This document shows, one piece after another, positions 31,292 through 45,105 of a DNA stretch of 64,000 nt (position 1 is the stretch's first letter; each line of letters begins with the position of its first letter). This stretch comes from Trypanosoma brucei (Eukaryota). Below the pieces are notes generated by a model. The model saw only the letters and a list, made by a program, of their open reading frames with translations, did no database searches and was not told the DNA's origin. The position numbers and the translations under genes were made by a program. Location of the stretch: contig CM000207.1 of the NCBI GenBank assembly GCA_000002445.1, forward strand, positions 2,080,001 through 2,144,000. The letters run 5' to 3'.

Positions 31292-32448
31292 ACCGGAGGC
31301 ACACTTGTATCAAATGAGCTCTTCTCCCCCACACCTTTGTATTGCACAATTGCTTTCTTCCGTTATTTCCCCCGCGGTTATCACTGCTTGTCTTCCACAC
31401 CTTGGTTCCCCCTCCTTTAAAAAGAAACAAAGCAATCCTGTCCCTTTATCCACTTTGTTTTGATTCCTTCTGCTCTTTTTCTACGTAACCCCTATTTTTT
31501 TTTTTTAACTCCACTTTTTCCTTCTTGTGTGCTCTCCTTATCAAATAAGGAATAAAACTTTGTCTTATTACTACGTATATGTATAAATTACGTTTTCTGT
31601 GCGACGCTTCCGTTTACCCTAAATGAATAAGGTTTTATTTCGTTTTCGGTTACTTTTCATATGTTTGAACGAATCGAAATAACAAAAAGGAAAAGAGGTA
31701 AAAAAGACGACAAAGGGGGGGAAGCAATGAGTGCAATTTAGATTACCAGAAGTAAAGTATGGAAAAGAGAAAAAGAAATGAAGGAGTACAGAGTAAGAAA
31801 CAGACAGTGCTTCCGTATTTGAACTTTCGTCTTTCTCTTTTCATTTTTGCTTACTTTTTGTTTTGTTTTGTTTAGTTGTGCAAGTGTTGGAGTAAGGTGT
31901 GGAAAAGTTGGCGCTACGTCACTGTACCGCAGAATAAACTGGTTGCGGGAATGGACGGACGGACATCCAACAGCAACAACTGAAAATTATTGCGATAGGA
32001 AAAAGTCAAATAAAAAAAACTGAACTGATACGTGAAATGGAAAGAGGGAAGAGGTATAGCATGCCCAAGCACACCTGTAAGGCGTGAGGTAGCAAAGTGC
32101 ACTACATTAAGATCACAATAAAGTAGCGGTGTAGTCAGCGAACGCATCAAGGAAAACGCGGCGCGCACAAAAATAGACAACAACAACAACATAGAAGGTA
32201 AAAAAGAAAAAAAAGAAAAGCGACATCACAAAGATACATGCACGCACGTACTCACCAACGTGTAGTCACTCGTTGTTAGTCAGTAAAAGCGTAAGTGTAA
32301 CACCACCCTCGCTAGCAAATATAGAACAGTGGGAAGTCAACGCAACGTAAACCGAAAATAGAAGAATGAAAACTCAACATTGCCACATGAGCGAGTGGCA
32401 ACGCTCCACCAGCAAAATGCAAGCACCTAAGGTACACCAACACATGCC

Positions 32449-35400
32449 TCATTGCTGCGGATTGGTTTGTTTACCCTTGAAGATCTTGTTCTCTTGTTCG
32501 TACATTTCTGGTGCTATGGCATTGCGAGCGCCCCGCAACACTTCGCCGGTTCCCCGTAGCAACCCGTCCAACATGGCAGAGAAAGCGACAGGTAGGCAAA
32601 TGCTGTTGCCTTGAGGTCCGAGGCAGTGAAGAGCAATATCATACGCTACGCGAAACCCTCGGGTTACTTCTATTAGTCCATTTTGAACCCCCTGCGTGGC
32701 GTTCACCGGTTGCGAACCACGTGCCGCAGGATTCACACCACTAGCCGGCACGAGGTATGAAATGGAGTTACTTGTCACGTGCTGCAGCGAATGCGAGAGA
32801 CCCGCAGCGCTATGCAGTGACTCAGTGGTTACCGTCAAAAGGAAGCTACGTAACGCGCAACATACAGCTGCGAAAAAGCGCTTGTTGCGACGGTGCTCGT
32901 TTAGCGGGGCGAATAAAACCCCAGTGCTCGCCGAGGCAACGTTTGACGCCAGCTGTAGCGGTTGAACGGCGCAGCAAAGCAGAAAGAAGCCCCAAAACTT
33001 TCCAATTTCCCCACCCAAGCGCTGACAGAATAACCCCCACACTTGTTCAGCGGGGCATGAAGTGATCACCATCCGCGGCAGTTGTACTTGTGCGCGCTCC
33101 AGTGAGGGTAGCAAATAGTTACACAGCTCAAAGACATTTCCATGTAGGGCTTCAAAGGCGCTTCTCCCTTCAAATTGCACATAGAGTGTCATGGTGACAG
33201 GAGATAGTTCAATTTTTCTGAAAAATAGTGAGTCTCTACGTGCCTTCTTCCAAATTATATTCTCCTCGGTGACATTTTCGGGCACCTCAATGAATCTTGG
33301 AAGCAAATTCAGGGCTCGCCTGTGGAGAGCCACGGTAATAGGCTGGAGACGAACGTACAGCTCCTCCTCCGGTTTCCCCTCAATTACCGTTCCCGCATAT
33401 CCTGACAAAGTGGAAGGGAGAATTGTGGTCCATTTCATTGAAAATAAATCGCTATCACAGTCCCGAAGCGACTGAGGTAAGGAAGCCATTAGAAGTGTTT
33501 GCACAGTGCTTCCCTCAATGCGGTCAATGATCTCTCCGTCTTTCACTGTAATATGCAATTGCATGAAGTACGCCTTACCAGGGGCAAAACGATCAAATTG
33601 CGCGCGAATACCCCTCAGGTGAGCAATGACGTGCTCATCCTGTCGACGACCACCACCGAGGACGTCATCGCGGTGTTCATCACACCCAAAGTTGCGGTTC
33701 AGCTCATTGGAAGGCCCACGCTCTTCCGATGCAAGCTGATTAGCACACGACTCCGGAGCAGTATCTTCATCTACAGCAAAGCGTTGGAGGGTACGTAAGT
33801 ATTTGTCTGGAACGTCTGCGCGTATAAAGTCTTCGCCGCCGTAGAGATGCACAACGAGATTACAATCTCGCACAAAAATCTCCATTGACGCGGTGGAGAA
33901 GGGCGGCAACCTCCATGGTGCGTCATTTGGGCAATTCAAAGGGTCCCCAGATGTGGAGCTCCAACAACCGATGGGCAAACATCCTTCATAAGTAGCGTGA
34001 ACAGACAAAAAATTCTGAGACTTGCAGTGACTCGTTAGATCTACAGCTTCATCATTACGGGTATTCCAGACTCCCCACGATGATTTCCCAAAGGTTACGT
34101 CTCCAAGCATATCAAAATCAGAAAAAGACTGTGCGCCCTCGTCAACGCAGGGCGCATCGATCTTCTGGTGAAAAACTTCTGGCACCCCGTGACAAGCTGC
34201 GATGACGGAACTATTTAGCAGATGGCGCAAACGTGCACCATAATCACGTGCCACGACATGCACATCCACCTCAGACATCTCCCTAACCGTTTTCACCTGA
34301 GTAATGTGGGCGAAGTACTCCCCACTGCGCTGCACCAACAAGTACGGTGAAGGGAGAAAATCGACATCCAACCCCGTAAAAAAATTTGTAACAGTGGTTT
34401 GGAAGTGATATAGCGAGTCTTGGGCAAAGAACATGGCAACGTGAAGGTCGTGCACCGTGATAAAGAGTGGTTTCTCTGATGTCGCATTCAAGGAAACTGT
34501 TACTGCCGCTGCGCCTTTCGTTTCTGCGTCACCCCCTTTAGCACAACACTTACTCACGTGATCGGTGGACACATTAGACTGGTAAATGTCCAAAACCCTT
34601 ACAAACCCAAGGTTTGCGAGGTGCGCCCCTGTACCCCTCTTTCTGTCGCCGAAAAGTGAACTGTATCCCGTCTCATGGTCAATGACCAATAAACTCTTTG
34701 GAAAGTTGTCGTGAATAAATAATGATGCCGTGTCTCTACCGAGGTACAATTTTATAACGGTTGTTCCTGTCGGAAGACTTGGCACAATGATATCGATTTT
34801 GATGTGGGGAGAAAGGCCAGCGATCACGGAGTACCTTCCGAAAGGTCGATACTCCACTAGTGTGTCAAAAAAACTTACTCTTACTTTTGCACTTGTTGCC
34901 ATCGAAACACCATCATCGCTCTGTGCATCTATTACATCCGCGGAGCAGTCCTGCACTCCCGACACCTTTTGAGCCACAGCAGAGCTCAGCACCTCAGTGC
35001 TTGGGTCTGACAAATAATTAAAGATGACAAGAAACCAGTTATCCCCCTCCCACGCAGGCTGGTGGCCCATGAAAATGCGGTCCAAAAGCACAACTGCATC
35101 ATACGTTTCAGTGTGATCCTCGAAATTTAAAAACCGGCAAAGTGAAACTCCTCCCGCTCGCCGACCATACAATACTTCCGAGGTTCCATGAGCGTCTGCC
35201 GGAGTTTGGAGGCCGCCCACATCATTGTAATATGTGCCGTAACTTTGGAGAAGCGTCACAGTTCCGCCCCATTCAGGTGAAGAAGCATGCTCAGGAAGCC
35301 ACTGAAAGTCTACGCTGTCAGACCATACATCACACAAATTTTCTTGAAGGCAAAAACACAAAGTCTCGGCGTGAACAGTCACCTTCTTAACATCATCTGA

Positions 35401-38400
35401 CGTCTCGTGAAAGGAAAACACTTCAACGTTTGAAAACCTCAGTTGATACTGATGATACAGTAGTCGAGCATCAGTGACCTTCCGCATTTCGTAAGGTATG
35501 CAGCGCCACAAGGGTTCTCCTATGGCCACGCCTGCAGATGAAAGGCGCGGTGCCCATAACACCGTCGATACCTCGCCCACCAACAACCTGATACTAATGC
35601 TTGTGGCTTCGGAAGCACCGTCCGCGCCCACGCTCCACATGTCATCGCATTGTGAGGATAAATTATCTCTGCACGTATCACCCTTCATCCTTCTCTCCCC
35701 TCGGTGCAATTTTTTAAACATAATGCATAGCTTGTCAACAGTCTCCGCCACCTGGTTAAGGAAGAACGCGATCAGAAGAAACTCACATTTGTGGAGGGTA
35801 CCACTTACGTGATGAACGACTGCCCGAACAGTTATTAAACTTCTTTCTTCAGCTTTGACCTCTTCCTGGTGGTATTCCCTTGTGAAGGGTACATTAGGTG
35901 CGGATGCCGTACCAATATTTTTGTACGACGGGTGGTTCGGGTGACGCTGCACAGTAATGCATGGTTCCCCTTCTTCAGTGTCGAACGAACACTGAATCCC
36001 GCTTCTTTCGTTGTCCTTGTGGTCGTTCAGCGATAGTAGCACCTTGCTGAGTGAAATCTTCATGCCACCAGCGCTGTCCACAGAGAGTTTAACATTCTCC
36101 AGGTAACAACTTAGCGTAACTGGAAGATACGGCCCCTCAACATCGCCGAAACCCGCGCACAAGGCACTGGTGAAGAGATGCATTTCCTCTCCTTCTTCTC
36201 GCAGCCGACCCCACAGGCGACGGGTAAGAGGGCCACAGTAGTCAGGATCTGGTGCCTTTGATGTCATGAACAAAACCTCCACCATTGCGTTCTCTAGCTC
36301 CAACTCAAACGATCGAAGAACCAAATACGGCGCCACCACGCTTTTCTTAGGGATTGCGGAAGATGCTGTCTCAGAGGACGGAAGCGCCGGCGGAAACTCC
36401 ACAAGCGGGTCCTCGCACGCACTGCCTTTCGACCGGTCCACGTTGTCGCCTACATTCTCCTGCGTTGGAACAACCGAGTGGATCGACCCTGAGGAAGGGA
36501 ACACAGACGGTAACGCAGCGTCTTGCGATCTTTGATCCGCCACGGTGCTAGGAGAGGGGCCACTCACTATGCACTGGAGTCTCTTCCAATAACTGCCTAA
36601 CCTCTCTAGAGTATTCAGATTCACATTTACGATCAGATCTATCCCCGACAAAATAATAGCAACGCTCTCAAATACAGTTGCCGCTGCATCAATCCCCTCG
36701 TTAGGAAATTCACCGATATACCGAGTTGCCTCCGCAGGGGTTAGGGGGTGGGTTGTACCGATGATAATCCCCACACTGAACCGCCGCTTTGATTTCGATA
36801 CGGTATTCACTCTCGTGGTAAGCACAACTCGGCCATACTTGGTGTTGCCCACACCGTTCCAATCAGTCAGCTCAGTGCGGGCATCCTCACTGGTATCATC
36901 TTCGCACGGGAGCCGTTCATATGCCTCAATGGCAACTATCCCCACCGAGCAACGGCGAGCAAGGTCACTTCCAAACACACCGTGCAATGCATCCTCTGAA
37001 GAAAGAGAGTTGGTGATCGTCGGATATACCAACAACCTAATACCGCTTACGTACACTTCGTAGAACCCTGTACGGAACAGAAAACGGTGTAAAATGACCC
37101 TGTGTTCCCGGGATAGAAGCAACTCATCAACACTATTATCCTCAAAGTGTTCTACAAGGGCTTTCCATGCGCGCTTGACCCCCTCACGATCTTCGCAACG
37201 TAGAAATGTGGATGAAATGAGTTCACATGTAATCTTCAGCGACGTGGCGGATCGCCGTGTCGCGCAGACATCACCTTTGGCCGCTAAACTTGCTGGCTCT
37301 TCAGAAGGTTTTGGCGCACCCGCAATCGCACGAGCGATGTGAACCAGGTGTCCCAGCTGCGTTGGTGAAAGCACGAAGAGGAATACCTTTGTTGTTATTT
37401 GTGCCCTGCTGAATCCCTTCGGCACTCCAACCGCCATGTCAGCCTCACTGAGGTGGAATTCAACACTGTGTATGAACTCCTTTGGATGCCCGCTGCACAA
37501 AAATATATCGCCCGTATCAACAACTTCACCCCTTTCCACATCGGCATCAACCATCGTTTGGCGCCTACCATACGGATAGACAGCGGCGCGAAGACCAGAA
37601 AATCGAACAATTTTCTTCATTGTGCCTCCATTCGGATCCGAACCCGCGTCGTCAATCTCGAACCCTCCTTCAAATGACACCAGTAACTCTACAGTGCCAT
37701 ATGGAGGCTCTCGCCCGACGACTATTTCCTGTCCGCGAGGTGGTACCCGCAGGATGACACTAACATTGCTCATGCGGCCACTCACACTGTAAGCCAACTT
37801 CTTTATGCTGCATACGAGGGCCCTTACACAGTCGTCAAGCGTGTGTTGTGAGGACAATTGCCCAACAGAATGAGACCCCCACTCCTCCACAACGTAATTG
37901 GGGCCTCTCCCGTCTGCACCCCGCGAGAGAATTCCATCATTGTCAAGGGATGAGTACGCATCCTCCACCGTTTCTCGAGACAGCGGGATTTCCTCCGTCA
38001 CACCCTTGCTGTCGGCGCCCCCCTCACCAAAAGTAGGAGGATGATCACAGTAACGGGAGGACGTAGTGCACTCCATTGCACGAGGATTGACGTCGAAAAC
38101 GAGCTGAACACCGTCCACTTCGAACCGCCGCCTCCCGGTTGTGCCCACACTAAACGTAGCCTCCACAGTGTGCACATGCCCAGACGCTAAGCTCAATAAC
38201 CCACGCCGCGTAGAACCTGGCGCAACGGTATCTCCACCGCATTCTACACCCGCAGTACCTAGAACTGTCTCATTGATGTAAGTTTCGTTGAGCTGCAGGT
38301 TCGAGAGCTTAACAACAACTCCCCAACCACCCATTGTAAGGCCTACGCGTTCCAACTGATCTTCATTAATATCCTTCACGATGTTCTTAAGCGTTTGCTT

Positions 38401-38454
38401 CACAGCAGCCAACAACAACTGATCCTTCAACCACCTGAGCACAAATGGGGACAT
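32449..38454 (-). CDS. Large chorein-N-domain protein (VPS13/ATG2-like bridge lipid-transfer family), 2001 aa
   Basis: N-terminus MSPFVLRWLKDQLLLAAVKQTLKNIVKDINEDQLERVGLTMGGWGVVVKLSNLQLNE resembles the chorein-N consensus (..[35 protein letters not shown]). 6 kb uninterrupted ORF. Family assignment rests on N-terminal similarity only. Confidence 0.5.
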   Translation of the reverse strand: MSPFVLRWLKDQLLLAAVKQTLKNIVKDINEDQLERVGLTMGGWGVVVKLSNLQLNETYINETVLGTAGVECGGDTVAPGSTRRGLLSLASGHVHTVEATFSVGTTGRRRFEVDGVQLVFDVNPRAMECTTSSRYCDHPPTFGEGGADSKGVTEEIPLSRETVEDAYSSLDNDGILSRGADGRGPNYVVEEWGSHSVGQLSSQHTLDDCVRALVCSIKKLAYSVSGRMSNVSVILRVPPRGQEIVVGREPPYGTVELLVSFEGGFEIDDAGSDPNGGTMKKIVRFSGLRAAVYPYGRRQTMVDADVERGEVVDTGDIFLCSGHPKEFIHSVEFHLSEADMAVGVPKGFSRAQITTKVFLFVLSPTQLGHLVHIARAIAGAPKPSEEPASLAAKGDVCATRRSATSLKITCELISSTFLRCEDREGVKRAWKALVEHFEDNSVDELLLSREHRVILHRFLFRTGFYEVYVSGIRLLVYPTITNSLSSEDALHGVFGSDLARRCSVGIVAIEAYERLPCEDDTSEDARTELTDWNGVGNTKYGRVVLTTRVNTVSKSKRRFSVGIIIGTTHPLTPAEATRYIGEFPNEGIDAAATVFESVAIILSGIDLIVNVNLNTLERLGSYWKRLQCIVSGPSPSTVADQRSQDAALPSVFPSSGSIHSVVPTQENVGDNVDRSKGSACEDPLVEFPPALPSSETASSAIPKKSVVAPYLVLRSFELELENAMVEVLFMTSKAPDPDYCGPLTRRLWGRLREEGEEMHLFTSALCAGFGDVEGPYLPVTLSCYLENVKLSVDSAGGMKISLSKVLLSLNDHKDNERSGIQCSFDTEEGEPCITVQRHPNHPSYKNIGTASAPNVPFTREYHQEEVKAEERSLITVRAVVHHVSGTLHKCEFLLIAFFLNQVAETVDKLCIMFKKLHRGERRMKGDTCRDNLSSQCDDMWSVGADGASEATSISIRLLVGEVSTVLWAPRLSSAGVAIGEPLWRCIPYEMRKVTDARLLYHQYQLRFSNVEVFSFHETSDDVKKVTVHAETLCFCLQENLCDVWSDSVDFQWLPEHASSPEWGGTVTLLQSYGTYYNDVGGLQTPADAHGTSEVLYGRRAGGVSLCRFLNFEDHTETYDAVVLLDRIFMGHQPAWEGDNWFLVIFNYLSDPSTEVLSSAVAQKVSGVQDCSADVIDAQSDDGVSMATSAKVRVSFFDTLVEYRPFGRYSVIAGLSPHIKIDIIVPSLPTGTTVIKLYLGRDTASLFIHDNFPKSLLVIDHETGYSSLFGDRKRGTGAHLANLGFVRVLDIYQSNVSTDHVSKCCAKGGDAETKGAAAVTVSLNATSEKPLFITVHDLHVAMFFAQDSLYHFQTTVTNFFTGLDVDFLPSPYLLVQRSGEYFAHITQVKTVREMSEVDVHVVARDYGARLRHLLNSSVIAACHGVPEVFHQKIDAPCVDEGAQSFSDFDMLGDVTFGKSSWGVWNTRNDEAVDLTSHCKSQNFLSVHATYEGCLPIGCWSSTSGDPLNCPNDAPWRLPPFSTASMEIFVRDCNLVVHLYGGEDFIRADVPDKYLRTLQRFAVDEDTAPESCANQLASEERGPSNELNRNFGCDEHRDDVLGGGRRQDEHVIAHLRGIRAQFDRFAPGKAYFMQLHITVKDGEIIDRIEGSTVQTLLMASLPQSLRDCDSDLFSMKWTTILPSTLSGYAGTVIEGKPEEELYVRLQPITVALHRRALNLLPRFIEVPENVTEENIIWKKARRDSLFFRKIELSPVTMTLYVQFEGRSAFEALHGNVFELCNYLLPSLERAQVQLPRMVITSCPAEQVWGLFCQRLGGEIGKFWGFFLLCCAVQPLQLASNVASASTGVLFAPLNEHRRNKRFFAAVCCALRSFLLTVTTESLHSAAGLSHSLQHVTSNSISYLVPASGVNPAARGSQPVNATQGVQNGLIEVTRGFRVAYDIALHCLGPQGNSICLPVAFSAMLDGLLRGTGEVLRGARNAIAPEMYEQENKIFKGKQTNPQQ

Positions 38455-38985
38455 CAGTGACGCGAAGCAAATGTACAGAACAAAAGGAAAAGAATCGCCT
38501 CGCTTTCCCCAGACCCACAGATGAAAACTTCAACTATACTACCTTTGTTCTTCAGTCGACCCCCCACCCCTGACCTTTCGAAAAGTAAGGAGAGAAAAGA
38601 GTCTATAACAACACACTTTCATTCTCTGCCCCACGAACTTCCTGACCCAACCGAACTACGTCCCACACAACCTTGCGCGCTCACTAAACGAACAACAGGA
38701 AGCGATGTATTACCCTCCAGCAGGGTGTGTGTTAGTCCCCTTCCCACACTAACTGAGGAGGACAAGCTCCGATATCCAAACAAATGAAGACGGATTCTTT
38801 TTTTATAAATAAATTAAAAAACCTCCCGCGCACACACTTCATCTGCAGGGAAGGGGTATTCACAGCCACATCATCGCCCCACGGACATAAACATCGCTGA
38901 GGCGCTGGTATGCACAGGAAAGTGTTCCCGTTTCCATTCAGAGACGTTCGTGGGGAGGACAGTCGGAAACCCAAATGTCCTTTTG

Positions 38986-40107
38986 TTACTTCAGGTGTGG
39001 TAAGCGCTCAACGGCACTGGGATGAGGAGGCAACTGCGATTGCGCATTAATCGAACGGGTGCTGCACGTAACAACAAAGTGACTCACACGGACTCGTAAA
39101 GCCGACTTGCCAGCAGCAGTGTCCCCTCCCGAGATTAAAAGCGCACGCAAACAACCCTCCAATGCTTCGAGTGGATCCACAATGCAACGACGGCGGACGA
39201 CATTTAACGCATCGTCACCACTACCACCCTCGCATATCAGTGTTTCCTCCATGTCACTACATTGAGGAGCCCTTGAGTTTCCCCTAGATCCTGTGGAGAG
39301 TAACTGGTATTCTGGGAGACATCTGTACGCCGCCGCCACCTGAGCGGGTGTTGCACTGTACTCAGAACAAAACCACCGTCTCCGTACGGAGGGGAAGGGA
39401 AAATACATGTCCGCGTGACCAACGTCTAAGCTACTGCTCACATCCATTACCCGTTGCAAAGCCTCCCGCATGTTATCTGCCTCCCCTCGTTCAATTGCGG
39501 CACGCGCAGAGTCCACAAGATCCTTCAGAAAATCGTCAGCATCGTTTCGTGCCGCCTCTGGTGCCACAACTCGGATCACGGGAGAATACCCCATTACGGC
39601 CACTACACCATGTGGTCGGAGGCACCGATGCGCCAGGGACAAATGCCACGGCGCATCGTGAAGCATTTCTTCCCCAAACACATTCCCCGCAAAAATCACT
39701 GCATCAAGAGATGATGGTGCCACAGTCTCTAAAGGGGAAACAAAATGAGGGAGTCGACCGCCTTTGACCTGCAGGGCCTCACCACTACCTTCAGCTCTGC
39801 AGCATGGACTGCTTGTTGCAACGCCAATGCGTCTCCGCAATGCGGCCACACGGCAACCCGGGAAGTGCTCACCTGAACGACGGGTTATTGCCCCAAGCCG
39901 CTCGTCATCCATGAACGAAGGACATATTACCAAAGAATTTCGATAAAAAGGCACCGAGTCCGTCAAGATTGCCAACCAGCATTCAGCAGGTTCAGGGAAA
40001 AAACCCTTGCACCCACGGTGATAACCGTGCAGTGCGGGGCTGAATGCAGACACAAAACCGCGACATAACTCCCCCACTTTGCTCCCGTAAGGTATAGACC
40101 GCATCAC
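38986..40107 (-). CDS. Putative SAM-dependent methyltransferase-like protein (373 aa)
   Basis: Segment LDAVIFAGNVFGEEMLHDAPWHLSLAHRCLRPHGVVAVMGY resembles the Methyltransf_11 post-I/II region (FDAVIS..L.H...L.E..RVLKPGG.L.I). No clean GxGxG motif I seen, so the call is weak. Confidence 0.4.
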   Translation of the reverse strand: MMRSIPYGSKVGELCRGFVSAFSPALHGYHRGCKGFFPEPAECWLAILTDSVPFYRNSLVICPSFMDDERLGAITRRSGEHFPGCRVAALRRRIGVATSSPCCRAEGSGEALQVKGGRLPHFVSPLETVAPSSLDAVIFAGNVFGEEMLHDAPWHLSLAHRCLRPHGVVAVMGYSPVIRVVAPEAARNDADDFLKDLVDSARAAIERGEADNMREALQRVMDVSSSLDVGHADMYFPFPSVRRRWFCSEYSATPAQVAAAYRCLPEYQLLSTGSRGNSRAPQCSDMEETLICEGGSGDDALNVVRRRCIVDPLEALEGCLRALLISGGDTAAGKSALRVRVSHFVVTCSTRSINAQSQLPPHPSAVERLPHLK

Positions 40108-40409
40108 ATTCTTCCCTCTAGTGTAAAAAAATTAAAAAAACAAATCTCACAAAAAAACATCAGAGCAATAAGATTTCCACCAAAATAAATACAAACAACA
40201 TACATCAAGAAAACACCTAAATAAATTAACAACCTAGCAGAACAAAAGAAGCTCCGTATACTCCTCAATAAACGCATTTGTGCCCCGCGATCAGCAACAA
40301 ATGAAATTACGAAAAAGGGAAAAAGAAAGCAAAAAAGATATAAAGGAACCCATAGCAAGAGGTATTAACAATAACCTACTTCAAGAACTAAATCATCTAT
40401 CACACACCG

Positions 40410-40982
<573 letters not shown>

Positions 40983-41184
40983 TTATTTTTTGACTACCGT
41001 TTTGCAGCACATACACAGAATGTTATCCCACAGAAAATTTAAAGGATTGAAACACTTCCTTAGCACAACAATGCACGACAGAACAAGAGCAACAAAACTG
41101 CACCACAATACAATCACAAGCTCACAATTTTCGCTTGTTCATCATATAATGAAACTAAAATATAACATCACAAATCACGCGCCG

Positions 41185-41757
<573 letters not shown>

Positions 41758-41976
41758 TTACTTTTGGTTACGGTCCTTCCACACACACACACACAGTGTT
41801 TGCTGAGGGGTAATAAGAAAAATGGTGAAATGCTAACAGTCACACGACGCTGTACAAAGAGAGCGTTTTTCCTGCAACAGGTGTCCATTAACTTAGCGGC
41901 ATTTACTTCAATTGGAGGGCACATCACCAGAACAATCACAACAAGGAAAACAAAACCTAAGAGTTTCAGCGGAGTA

Positions 41977-42549
<573 letters not shown>

Positions 42550-42770
42550 TTACTTTTGGTTACGGTCCTTCCACACACACACACACACAGTGTTTGCTGA
42601 GGGGTAATAAGAAAAATGGTGAAATGCTAACAGTCACACGACGCTGTACAAAGAGAGCGTTTTTCCTGCAACAGGTGTCCATTAACTTAGCGGCATTTAC
42701 TTCAATTGGAGGGCACATCACCAGAACAATCACAACAAGGAAAACAAAACCTAAGAGTTTCAGCGGAGTA

Positions 42771-43343
<573 letters not shown>

Positions 43344-44265
43344 TTACTTTTGGTTACGGTCCTTCCACACACACACACACAGTGTTTGCTGAGGGGTAAT
43401 AAGAAAAATGGTGAAATGCTAACAGTCACACGATACTGTACAAAGATAGGAATGTAGAAACAGCGTGTTAAGTTGTAACGTAAGTGGACTGCAATTGACA
43501 AACGAAATATAGTTTGTCGGGAGGGCAGCACTGCCTGTTGCTGGCATTTCCGGATACTTCAAGTTAGGTCAGTAATATTCGGCAGAGGGAACTGTACCAG
43601 GTGTATCCTTTTTGTAAGTCTGTTGTTCCTCATATTAATTTTTGGCTATCCCCCTGGTCCTCTCTCTTCGTGCGTGGCACCGACTGTAAGTACGATCTTA
43701 GTCTGGAGGAAAAGAACGAAACGTGGACTCCTCTCTGACTATATCTCATTTTTAAACTGGTGAGCTATCCCTTAGCTGAAGGGTCAGGGCAGGTCAGCGC
43801 AGAGTTTCTAAACCGAATTCCTGACTGCATTGCGTCTGCTTAATGTGTCAGCGTCATTATCTGTTCTCTTTACGGGGGGGTGGGGGGTCAACGACGTGGA
43901 ATGATGAGGAATATTTATTAGGAGAAAATAATTATTTTAATATAGGGATGCAAGATAAATGTAAAGTTCGATCCAAAAAAAAACACCAAGACGCTGCCTA
44001 AAAGCACTGCGGAAACGGTTCGCCGAACCAGGCATATTCTACGCAAACAAGAGAGGGGAAACACAAAGGAGGGAAGGAAAAGTGATCAACGAGGAATGAT
44101 GAATAGTGCACCAATGAGCTAACAAATGGTGTTATGTGTACTACCCTGCCGTTTATTCGGTGCTAAATGAAGTGTAACATGAGGCCACGTCATCACGGAG
44201 ACTGAAGGCTAACAGCACTGCCACTGCCATGCGCACATGTGCGCTGAATCAGGAAAACGCCGGAG

Positions 44266-45105
44266 TCAGTTGTCACTCTCTCCCATTTGCTGCTGCTCGT
44301 TTTGCGGGAGAAATATGTTGATGATACTCACAATAAATGACGTCACATTTGCACCCCACAACATGGTACCGTTCAAAAATGAAGCAGAGAGTTGAGAGTA
44401 CGTTGTTTCATGTCGGAGGAGGGTTCCTAAAATCTCGGCCGTCCATTGCACCTGGCGGTCATTCATGAGCTTCTTAAGGTCCAACGGCACCCCGCTGTCA
44501 AGTTCCCCAAGCGGGAGGTAATCTTTGAGCCTCAAGGTGTAAAAACCCGGATCCTCCTGCAGAGCCTTAAGCAATTTTTCTGATCCAAGTATATCCACAA
44601 GGTTCACATCATGTGCTAAGGCTTCTGACCATAAGTCGCTCAGTATATTTTGCAATGTGCCCATTTTTATCTCCCTCCTACCATGTTGTGCTACGGCTTG
44701 CTGTCGGTTGCGTTCAATCGCGTGTTGTATCCTATGCATAACCGGCTCGTCAAGCTCATCAGAACGTGACTGCATCCAGAAGAACAAGGGCTGCTTGCCG
44801 TTATCTATATCAAAGAGCAAAACCCTTGACGGTCTGCATTTTTCTACCCAACTAACCTTGACCCTACCGGGAGGTAGTGTAACGCGGCATTGTTCCTCAC
44901 CATCAGAAGAAACCCACGTCAACACAGTGTCCTGTAGCAGTCCTTCGCGTAAGAGGAATAAAAATCCACTCCCCAGTAACGGCCGCACAATTCCATCTTG
45001 TAAGATCATTCTGCCTGCCTGGACCTTTACAACCACCGTACTGCTGTAGGCAGTTGCGCCTGGTTGAGAAGATAACAAGACTGCTTTGGAGTCTGCAGAA
45101 GCCAT
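44266..45105 (-). CDS. RPN13: Proteasomal ubiquitin receptor Rpn13/ADRM1 homologue (Pru domain + C-terminal DEUBAD-like region)
   Basis: VVKVQAGRMILQDG...VLTWVSSDGEEQCRVTLPPGRVKVSWVEKCRPSRVLLFDIDNGKQPLFFWMQSRSDELDEPVMHRIQHAI is colinear with the human ADRM1 Pru domain (LVEFRAGKM...[38 protein letters not shown]). Confidence 0.65.
   Translation of the reverse strand: MASADSKAVLLSSQPGATAYSSTVVVKVQAGRMILQDGIVRPLLGSGFLFLLREGLLQDTVLTWVSSDGEEQCRVTLPPGRVKVSWVEKCRPSRVLLFDIDNGKQPLFFWMQSRSDELDEPVMHRIQHAIERNRQQAVAQHGRREIKMGTLQNILSDLWSEALAHDVNLVDILGSEKLLKALQEDPGFYTLRLKDYLPLGELDSGVPLDLKKLMNDRQVQWTAEILGTLLRHETTYSQLSASFLNGTMLWGANVTSFIVSIINIFLPQNEQQQMGESDN

Noticed and set aside
43880-44200. C-box-like TGATGA strings as evidence for a C/D snoRNA gene
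   Set aside because: I could not find an appropriately spaced D box (CTGA) with terminal stem by eye. Kept only as a low-interest candidate pending covariance-model search.
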